Shown here: positions 24,012 to 31,400 of the stretch, piece after piece
How positions within the stretch are numbered: position 1 is the stretch's first letter
How the letters are laid out: every line of letters begins with the position of its first letter
From: a virus
Direction: 5' to 3' (one strand)
Length of the DNA stretch: 37,118 nt
IMG/VR virus record: IMGVR_UViG_3300045988_101868
Span: 1-37,118 of that record
Translations under genes and position numbers: made by a program
Notes under the pieces: generated by a model
The model's database searches: none
Told to the model about the DNA's origin: nothing
Seen by the model: the letters and a program-made list of their open reading frames with translations, nothing else

Positions 24012-24521
24012 ATGCTTTTTAATGTGAATCAGCCGTCTGATGTTAGCGGCACTCTTTCTCTCAAGTGGAGCAAGAACTTTGCAGGCAATCTGAATAATAA
24101 CCTGTTACTTGCTCAAAAAGAGGTTGACGAGGATTGCATTAAGCTGATGAAGCCGTACACACCTTTTAAAATGGGCGTACTCGAAAACTCCGCAACTATA
24201 CATACCGTTATAGGCAGTGGAGAAATTAAACAGATTACACCTTATGCAAGGTATCTTTACTATGGCAAGGTGTATGGTCCTAACTATCCGATCGTGCGAG
24301 AGAAAGACGGTACGGAGCATATCGTATTCGGGCGCTATAGCGGTGACGGCGGTTGGCGAAGTCCTAAAGGCAAGAAAAAACACCCGACAGGCAGAGATAT
24401 TCAGTACAGCAAGGACAAGCACCCGCTTGCGGGCAAAATGTGGTTTAAGCGAATGAAAGCCGACCGCAGAGACGAAATTTTGCAGGCGGCGGCAAAAATA
24501 TTAGGGAGTAATGCAAAATGA
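24012..24521 (+). CDS. Minor capsid / head-tail joining protein
   Basis: Position within the translationally coupled connector gene string. Confidence 0.6.
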   Translation: MLFNVNQPSDVSGTLSLKWSKNFAGNLNNNLLLAQKEVDEDCIKLMKPYTPFKMGVLENSATIHTVIGSGEIKQITPYARYLYYGKVYGPNYPIVREKDGTEHIVFGRYSGDGGWRSPKGKKKHPTGRDIQYSKDKHPLAGKMWFKRMKADRRDEILQAAAKILGSNAK

Positions 24522-24946
24522 ATATAATCGAACTTGTAAGGTCCGTTGTGCAGGAGTTTCCGAAAATCGGCGAGCTTGTACACATTGATTATTCAACAAA
24601 CAAAGTACAGGATTTTGGACTTTCTCCGACAGGCGACACGCTTGTCAGCGAAGACATTTTAGGAAATCAAACACGCAATCACACCTTTATCCTGTACGCT
24701 ACCTGTCAGTCGCTCAACGACTATGACCGACTTGTAAACAGCGGAATGTTGCTTGAACTGCAAATGTGGCTTGAACGGCACGCAGAGGGTGACATAGAAG
24801 TTGAAGTCGGCGACAACATTTTATATGGTGAGCTTAAAAAACTCACTTGCTCAAACGGAATGCTTTACAGCATACCTGACGAAAACAACAACGGCGGTGT
24901 GCAGTACCAATTGCAAATCACCGCCCAATACGCTATTGAAAATTGA
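24518..24946 (+). CDS. Tail completion / minor capsid-family protein
   Basis: ATGA overlap with the upstream gene. Position before the major tail gene. Confidence 0.6.
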   Translation: MNIIELVRSVVQEFPKIGELVHIDYSTNKVQDFGLSPTGDTLVSEDILGNQTRNHTFILYATCQSLNDYDRLVNSGMLLELQMWLERHAEGDIEVEVGDNILYGELKKLTCSNGMLYSIPDENNNGGVQYQLQITAQYAIEN

Positions 24947-24972
24947 TTAAAAATTGAAAGTGAGGAATTATT

Positions 24973-25479
24973 ATGGCAGTATCAACACCCGATATCGGTA
25001 AACTCAAAAGAAGTTACCTTTTACATTTTATTGACGCAAGCTTTGGCACAGGCGAAAGTCCAAAGTGGTATCTTATCGGCAAGGACATTGACGATATGTC
25101 GGTCGAGCTTAGTCCGGACACAAGCACAGTAAAGAACATTCTTGATGAAACCTCTGTAAATGACAATGGCTACGAGCCTACCCTTGACGCAGGAACATAT
25201 TACGCAAATACAGGTGACAGCATTTACCCGAAAATCAAGGATATTGCAATGAACCGCCTTACCGGTGATGACTGCAAAACCAAAATTCTTGAAGTGCTCA
25301 TTGACAAGAAAACAGGCTCTTATGATGCTTGGATTGAGGACTGCATCGTTAAACCGCAGTCATACGGCGGTGCACAGGGCGGTGTAAACATTCCGTTTAA
25401 TGTTACATTTGACGGCAACAGAAAGCAGGGTACAGCGACAATCTCAGATAAGGTACCGACATTTACCGAAACTGTATAA
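24973..25479 (+). CDS. Major tail protein
   Basis: 168 aa directly upstream of the chaperone genes. Confidence 0.72.
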   Translation: MAVSTPDIGKLKRSYLLHFIDASFGTGESPKWYLIGKDIDDMSVELSPDTSTVKNILDETSVNDNGYEPTLDAGTYYANTGDSIYPKIKDIAMNRLTGDDCKTKILEVLIDKKTGSYDAWIEDCIVKPQSYGGAQGGVNIPFNVTFDGNRKQGTATISDKVPTFTETV

Positions 25480-25490
25480 GGAGTGATTCT

Positions 25491-25916
25491 ATGCAGAGTT
25501 TGAATTTTAAAACACCCTTAAAAACATATGCAATCAACAATGATGAAAACACAGTGATCAAGATTAACACCACAGACTACTCACTCGTTGAGCGACTCAA
25601 CAAGCTGACAGAACGCACCGAAGCGCTTGTGCAGAAGTACAAGAATATGAAACCCGAGGATGTAACCTTTGAAATTTTTCTTGATGTTGACAAGGAAATC
25701 CGCAAAGAAATAGACTATGTTCTCGGTGCAGGTGTAAGTCAGGGTGCGTTTGGCGATGTAAATTGCCTTTCAATCTGTGATGATGGCAGTATGATTTTTG
25801 AGAACTTTCTCAACTGCGTTGTGCCGGTCATCGTAAGTGACATTGAAAACGCACACGCTCAGCAGAGCAAGCATATTGAGAAGTACCTCAATCAAGCAAA
25901 GAGGCTTGCAAAGTGA
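25491..25916 (+). CDS. Tail assembly chaperone candidate
   Basis: Position between the major tail gene and the Gp15-like gene. Confidence 0.55.
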   Translation: MQSLNFKTPLKTYAINNDENTVIKINTTDYSLVERLNKLTERTEALVQKYKNMKPEDVTFEIFLDVDKEIRKEIDYVLGAGVSQGAFGDVNCLSICDDGSMIFENFLNCVVPVIVSDIENAHAQQSKHIEKYLNQAKRLAK

Positions 25917-26470
25917 TTGGATTACTTCCTACAAGCCTTGAAATAGACGGAGAGCAGTACGAGATTAATTCCGATTTTCGTATTGCTCTCTTGATTTTCG
26001 AGGCTTATGCCGACAAAGAGCTATCCTACTGCGAAAAAGCGGCAGTATGCTTGAATTGCTTATACAAGGAAGTTCCAAAGAATGTTGAGGAGGCACTCAA
26101 AAAGGCATTGTGGTTTCTTGACGGCGGAGATGTGCCGAAATCGAAAAAAGCTCCAGTCAAAATTATTGATTGGAGCTATGACGAAAGCATTATTTTCCCA
26201 GCACTTAACAAGGTTGCAGGCTTTGAAACAAGGATTGCAAGCTATGTGCATTGGTGGACTTTTCTCGGCTATTTCAGTGAGGTAGGCGACGGCTTGCTCT
26301 CGCAGGTAATGAACATAAGAGGCAAGCGTGCTAAGGGCAAAAAGCTTGAAAAATGGGAGCGTGATTTTTACAATGAGCACAAAGAGCTTGTTGACATCAA
26401 GGAAAAGCTCTCTCCCGAACAGCAAGCAGAACTTGACGCCGAAGAAGATTTTATAAACAATCTTGTATAG
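25913..26470 (+). CDS. Bacteriophage Gp15-family protein (tail assembly)
   Basis: LEIDGEQYEINSDFRIALLIFEAY pattern. GTG start overlapping the upstream stop (GTGA). Confidence 0.65.
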   Translation: MIGLLPTSLEIDGEQYEINSDFRIALLIFEAYADKELSYCEKAAVCLNCLYKEVPKNVEEALKKALWFLDGGDVPKSKKAPVKIIDWSYDESIIFPALNKVAGFETRIASYVHWWTFLGYFSEVGDGLLSQVMNIRGKRAKGKKLEKWERDFYNEHKELVDIKEKLSPEQQAELDAEEDFINNLV

Positions 26471-26489
26471 GTGTTACACAAAATTATTG

Positions 26490-26518
26490 TTGACAATAAA
26501 CAAACTTTGTTATATTAT
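26490..26518 (+). promoter_or_regulatory. Near-consensus SigA promoter of island unit 1
   Basis: TTGACA (26490-26495), 17 nt, TATTAT (26513-26518). Confidence 0.7.
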
Positions 26519-26537
26519 GTAACAAAGGAGTGATTTT

Positions 26538-26993
26538 ATGAACAGCAAATTTTACAAAGGTATAACAGTCGTACTATTGATACTTGGTGCAGTCGGAGGA
26601 ATAGCTTTAGGCGCAGTTTTCCAAAGCGTACATACAAATATTCTTACCGATACGGTAACTCGTAGTTTTAATATTACCTTAATGCTTGTATGCTGGGTAT
26701 CAACTGTATTTTTATGTCTAATATTTGGGGGCATCGCAAAAATACTTGCATACCTCGAAGAATTAGGTGCGGGTAAAAATTCAGTGATTACCAAAACAAC
26801 AGATTGGGAATGCCCTAAATGTCATTGCATGAATAAAGCAGAGGCGACGGAATGTTCTAACTGCCATTTACCGCATAACAGTAACAAACAGCAAAAACCT
26901 GTTAGTAATGATAAATGGGAGTGTCCACAATGCCATTGCGTTAATTCTTATAGCAATATAGCAGAATGTCCTAATTGTCATTGGCGACCATAA
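26538..26993 (+). CDS. 2-TM membrane protein with two C-terminal RanBP2-type zinc fingers
   Basis: TM1 ITVVLLILGAVGGIALGAVF. TM2 ITLMLVCWVSTVFLCLIFGGIAKIL. WECPKCHCMNKAEATECSNC fits W-x-C-x2-C-x3-N-x6-C-x2-C exactly. WECPQCHCVNSYSNIAECPNC fits with x7. Confidence 0.8.
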   Translation: MNSKFYKGITVVLLILGAVGGIALGAVFQSVHTNILTDTVTRSFNITLMLVCWVSTVFLCLIFGGIAKILAYLEELGAGKNSVITKTTDWECPKCHCMNKAEATECSNCHLPHNSNKQQKPVSNDKWECPQCHCVNSYSNIAECPNCHWRP

Positions 26994-27014
26994 TTGATTT
27001 AAAAACAATGTAAA

Positions 27015-27045
27015 AGCCACTCCAAACGGGGTGGCTAAAATTTTT
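27015..27045. terminator. Intrinsic terminator (usable on both strands)
   Basis: AGCCACTCC AAAC GGGGTGGCT (one G.T pair) followed by AAAATTTTT. The rc is followed by TTTTACATTGTTTTT. Confidence 0.7.
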
Positions 27046-27066
27046 CAAATTATTTTTAAATAGGTA

Positions 27067-27095
27067 TTGACATATGAACATAAACGGTGTACTAT
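27067..27095 (+). promoter_or_regulatory. SigA promoter of island unit 2
   Basis: TTGACA (27067-27072), 17 nt, TACTAT (27090-27095). Confidence 0.65.
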
Positions 27096-27104
27096 ATGAA
27101 CATA
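27072..27104 (+). promoter_or_regulatory. Two direct ATATGAACATA repeats 22 bp apart (operator candidates for the RHH protein)
   Basis: 27072-27082 abuts the -35 box. 27094-27104 overlaps the -10 box and the start region. Confidence 0.55.
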
Positions 27105-27119
27105 GGAGGTGAATGACGA

Positions 27120-27455
27120 ATGAGAAAAGCTTTTAGGACAACAATAGATGAAGATGTACTATTCGAATTGAAGAAAATGGCACTTGAAAAGGGGTGTCAT
27201 GTAAATGACATAATAGAAAAATTAGTCATTGATAATCTTCATGAACAGTATTTTACTAAGGACCTCAAAAAATTTCCTGAAATGAATTTAGCAGAAAAGC
27301 AATCTTATTTAAAAAGAAGAGTGTCAAAAGTAATACAGGATGTTATGGATGAGTGTAATCTTAAAATAAAACCGTCTAATTTTACTGATATTATGGCAAG
27401 AACCATATCAGACTTAATTCTTTCGGACGATATATTGTTTCCTAAAAAGAAATAA
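27120..27455 (+). CDS. Ribbon-helix-helix (Arc/CopG/MetJ-type) DNA-binding protein
   Basis: N-terminal KAFRTTIDEDVLFELKKMALEKGCHVNDIIEKLVIDNL fits a strand-helix-helix layout. GGAGGTG RBS. Confidence 0.72.
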   Translation: MRKAFRTTIDEDVLFELKKMALEKGCHVNDIIEKLVIDNLHEQYFTKDLKKFPEMNLAEKQSYLKRRVSKVIQDVMDECNLKIKPSNFTDIMARTISDLILSDDILFPKKK

Positions 27456-27494
27456 CGGCAACTATCCACCGACCAAAGCGATTAGTTACCGTTA
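27444..27494 (-). terminator. Minus-strand intrinsic terminator
   Basis: The minus strand reads TAACGGTAACT (rc of 27484-27494), a 20-nt loop, AGTTGCCGTTA (rc of 27453-27463), then TTTCTTTTT (rc of 27444-27452). The plus strand has no T run after the hairpin. Confidence 0.55.
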
Positions 27495-27519
27495 CAAAAA
27501 GACAGAAGTATCTCTATCT
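27445..27519 (-). ncRNA. Candidate antisense sRNA (about 75 nt) opposing the RHH/ORF6N operon
   Basis: A consensus promoter and a terminator on the minus strand with no ORF between them. Complementary to the RHH stop-codon region and the intercistronic mRNA. Ends are predicted. Confidence 0.5.
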
Positions 27520-27526
27520 GAAATCT

Positions 27527-27555
27527 ATTATATCATTTAGCGGAACTTCTGTCAA
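27527..27555 (-). promoter_or_regulatory. Full-consensus extended -10 SigA promoter on the minus strand
   Basis: Minus strand: TTGACA (rc of 27550-27555), a 17-nt spacer ending in TGA, then TATAAT (rc of 27527-27532). Confidence 0.65.
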
Positions 27556-27582
27556 ATTAAAATTATGATAGGAGTTTTTATT

Positions 27583-27786
27583 ATGGCTTGTGTAAAGAAT
27601 GTAAAAAATGTAATCAAAAGTGTTCGTGGCACTATTAATCCATATTATGATATGGGCTACGAGAACGTTACGGAAATTTATCGTACCAATTCAAGTGTAT
27701 GTGATATGATTTGCGATGCATTCGCATTTGGATATGCTCAAGGCATTAAAGCTGCAAAAGCTGAAATGAGAAAGGCGGTTAAATGA
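27583..27786 (+). CDS. Hypothetical 67-aa protein
   Basis: Start moved to ATG 27583 after TAGGAG. Its stop lies 1 nt before the ORF6N start. Confidence 0.6.
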   Translation: MACVKNVKNVIKSVRGTINPYYDMGYENVTEIYRTNSSVCDMICDAFAFGYAQGIKAAKAEMRKAVK

Positions 27787-27787
27787 T

Positions 27788-28357
27788 ATGAAAGCTATGG
27801 AATACAAAGGACAGAAAGTTATTACAACTGCAATGCTAGCAGAGGCATACGGAACAAGTACAAGTTATATCAGCAACAATTTTTCCCGCAATAAAAGTAA
27901 ATTTGTTGAGGGAAAGCATTACTTTTATCTCGATGGTGAAGAATTTAAAGAATTTAAGACCAGTCATCTTAAAGATGAGTGGTTGAAACGAGCAAGTCAT
28001 TTATATTTGTGGACTGAAAGAGGAGCAAATCACCACTGCAAAATTCTTGATACAGACAAGGCGTGGGAGCAGTTTGAAAATCTCGAGGAAACATATTTCA
28101 GAGTAAAAGAAGCGGTTAATGCATTTGTTTCTCCGGATACGGTAAAGTATCTTAACGGTGTTGCTAATTATCTGCGTATTCAGCGTGCAATTATGAAAGA
28201 CAAAGGTTGCACACCTCTTGAAATTGCTCAAATGGATAAACTGACTTGCGATACATATGGAATACCTGTTCCGGACAGCCTGTCAGCCCCTAAGGCATAC
28301 GAACAGCTTGCGATTGCAGGTATAACACAAAAGAAACTTGAAGCAAAGAACTCATAA
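27788..28357 (+). CDS. ORF6N-domain (KilA-N superfamily) protein, antirepressor/Rha-like
   Basis: YKGQKVITTAMLAEAYGTSTSYISNNFSRNKSKFVEGKHYFYL...LYLWTERGANHHCKIL matches the ORF6N pattern. Confidence 0.7.
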   Translation: MKAMEYKGQKVITTAMLAEAYGTSTSYISNNFSRNKSKFVEGKHYFYLDGEEFKEFKTSHLKDEWLKRASHLYLWTERGANHHCKILDTDKAWEQFENLEETYFRVKEAVNAFVSPDTVKYLNGVANYLRIQRAIMKDKGCTPLEIAQMDKLTCDTYGIPVPDSLSAPKAYEQLAIAGITQKKLEAKNS

Positions 28358-28376
28358 CAACTAAATAAGCTAATTA

Positions 28377-28407
28377 CAGCGTACATCTTCGGGTGTGCGC
28401 TGTTTTT
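28377..28407 (+). terminator. Intrinsic terminator closing island unit 2
   Basis: CAGCGTACA TCTTCGGG TGTGCGCTG (one G.T pair) followed by TTTTT. Confidence 0.7.
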
Positions 28408-28412
28408 ATACC

Positions 28413-28446
28413 AAGGGTGTAGCATTTTTGCAACGCCCTTATTTTT
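28413..28446 (+). terminator. Second hairpin plus T run immediately upstream of the tape measure RBS
   Basis: AAGGGTGT / ACGCCCTT (28413-28420 / 28433-28440) with inner GCA/TGC pairs, followed by ATTTTT. Confidence 0.5.
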
Positions 28447-28467
28447 ATGCAGAAAGGATGTGATTAT

Positions 28468-31400
28468 ATGGCGGTTGACGGCAGTTTGATTTTTAATACC
28501 AAAATCGACACAAGCGGTCTTAACAGCGATATTGCAAGAATCAATAAAGCTATCGAGGCGGCTCAGAGCAAGGCTCAGGCAGGTGCTAAGACTACTGCTC
28601 AGACTGCACAAAATGCAACTCAACAAGTGTCAAATTCTGCCGACAAAATAGTTGATGAAGTTAAAAACAACACATCAGATATTGGCGCTCAGATACAAAA
28701 TATAATTGCTGATACAGAGAGAAGTGCAAAGTCGAAAGCAATGTCTATTGCTTCTATTCTGAAACGAACAGGAATGACACAAGCAGAGGCAATGCAGGCA
28801 GCTTGGGATAAAGTAAACAGTTCTGTTTCACAGCAAGTGAAAAAAACAAATTCAGAGGTTGAGCAAGAAACAGAAAAAACAGGCAAAAATATTAAAGAGA
28901 ATACTGATTTATACAGTAAACAGGTTCTTGATGTGCTGAAAAGCATTGATAAAAATGTTGCAGACAGCTCAAAAAATATATCTGAAAAGGTACAGAAAGC
29001 AGTGACTTTGAGTGCAAGTAAAGCTAAGCAGTCGCTTACAACAGTCAGAACGGCTGTTGACAGACTGCAAAGCAAGGCGAAAATGATTGGTAGAACGCTG
29101 CTTACCGCTTTCGGTACGGCGGCGGTTGTGAGCTTTGGCAAGGAAAGCATAGAGCTTGGCTCGGACCTTGCAGAAGTGCAGAATGTAGTTGATGTTACTT
29201 TTAGTCATATGTCTGCAAGTGTGGACGATTGGGCAAAGTCGGCACAAAAAGCCTACGGCTTGTCTGAAACTATGGCTAAAAAATATGTCGGCACTTTTGG
29301 TTCTATGGCGGAGGCTTTCGGCTTTACAGAACAGCAGGCATTTGATATGTCCACATCATTAACCGCTCTTACGGGCGATGTGGCGTCATTTTATAACATC
29401 ACACAAGACGAGGCGTACACAAAGCTGAAATCTGTTTTCAGCGGTGAAACCGAAACGCTCAAAGACCTTGGTATTGTGATGACGCAGAACGCACTTGACA
29501 ATTACGCAATGGCTAACGGCTGGGGCAAGACCACATCTGCTATGACTGAGGCAGAAAAGGTAACGCTTAGATATAACTTTGTACTCGGTCAGTTGAGCAA
29601 TGCAACGGGTGACTTTGCACGCACTCAGAACAGTTGGGCAAATCAAACGAGAATTTTACAGCTGCAGTTTGACAGTATCAAGGCTACAATCGGTCAAGGC
29701 TTGATAAATGCTTTTACTCCACTGCTTAATTGCATTAATCAGTTTATCTCAAGACTTAGCGTTGCGGCACAGAAGTTTAAAGACTTTACAGCTCAGGTGT
29801 TCGGCTATTCTACGGCAACAAGCAATGCGACAAGCTCAGCTGTAAGCGATATGTCAGACCTTGCAAGTCAAGCGGACAGTTCTACATCTGAGATTGAAAA
29901 AACATCGGAGGCAGCTGAAGACTTGAAGAAAAACCTTGCAGGCTTTGATGAACTCAATGTGATGAGCGACACCTCGGACAACAGTTCAGACACAAGCACG
30001 CAAGCACCAAGCTCTGAAATCAAATCAATGCAAAATGCACTTGAGCAAGCTATGCTTGAAAGCGACAGGCACACAAGCAAGACTATTGACAATATTGTAA
30101 ATTCACTTGACAAGGTAAAAAACGCCTGCGTAACAATTAAAAATTCGTGGGAGAAAGTGTGGAATAACGGCACAGGCGAAAAGGTGCTTGAAAATATCAA
30201 CTCATTAATTAACACTTTTGTAAGCACAGTTGGCGACATTGCAGAGGCTTTTACAAATGCTTGGGACAAAGCAGGCTTAGGCGACAGCGTGGTGCAATCG
30301 TTTATCGACAAGTGGAACAGCCTTGTTGAGCTTTTGGATACGGTAGGCGATACATTCAGGCAGGTGTGGAATGACGGTAAGGGCGAGAAAATTTGGAGCA
30401 ATATACTTGAGATTATCCGCAACTGCAATAACTATACTGAAACTCTCAGAACCAAAATTAAAGACGCTTGGGAGAAAAACGATAAAGGTAAGAAAATATG
30501 GGAGAACATTCTCGGTATAGTAGAGGATATAACAGGTTTTCTTGATGATATGTCGCAAATCAGGCTTGAGTGGCTTGAAGACCTAAACCTTGACCCTGTT
30601 GCAAAAGCGGTTGAAACACTTAGCGGAGCTTTCCGAGAACTGTTAAAAGCCTGCGGCGATAAGCTAAAACAAGCCTATAAAACTATTCTTTTGCCTTTGG
30701 CAAAGTGGACTATTGAAAAGGTTGTACCTGATTTGCTTAATGCATTTGCCGGAGCGCTTAAAGATATTTCAGATATTATAGAAAAAATAAGCCCATCTGT
30801 GTTAAAAGCAGTAGCAGTAGGTATTAGTGCTGTTGCAACGGCAGTTATCACATTCAAGACAGGTAAGACTATTGCGAGTGGTATAAGTGAAGTCACATCA
30901 GCAGTTAAAAATATTAGCTCTGTGATTTCAGCTAACCCTCTGCTTGTTATAGCAAGCGCAATAACGGGTATTGTTTTAGCCGTACAGGCTTACAACGATT
31001 GCAGGTGGAGCAATTCCGAGGCAAAAAAATTTTGTGATGAGTTGCAGGTTATTTCAGATGATTTGCAAGGTACTTGTGACGGTATTACTGAAAAGATTGA
31101 GAATACTCTTAATACTCTTGACCAAAATTACGCTGAAAACACTTTGATTGATAACTATCAAGAAAAGCTCGAAACTTTGCTTAATAAAGCAGAACTTTCA
31201 CCCTCAGAAATGGCTCAATTACAAACTATTGTTACCTATTTTGAAGACAATGTTGACGGATTTAAAGATACTTGGGATAGATATGTTGAAATAAGTGATG
31301 GTAATACAGTAAATCTTAAAGGCAATTTGGGCGAAGTATCTTCGGGACTTAACAATCTCATTGATAATTATCAGAAAACCGCAAATGCTGCGGCTCTGTC

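Noticed and set aside
25880-25930. Programmed -1 frameshift joining the two chaperone ORFs (G/GT-like)
   Set aside because: No slippery XXXYYYZ heptamer lies near the end of 25491..25916. The second ORF has its own AAGAGG RBS and a GTG start overlapping the stop (GTGA), so the two read as separate coupled genes.
27501-27553. 9-bp inverted repeat first read as a plus-strand terminator or attenuator between the RHH and 67-aa genes
   Set aside because: The loop is 35 nt and no T run follows on the plus strand. The right arm is part of the -35 region of the minus-strand consensus promoter, which explains the sequence better.
28405-28433. Minus-strand TTGCAA-17-TATAAA promoter-like element pointing into the 3' end of the ORF6N gene
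   Set aside because: It lies within the terminator hairpins, with no downstream terminator or ORF. A+T-rich DNA yields such matches by chance. It is much weaker evidence than the 27527-27555 unit.
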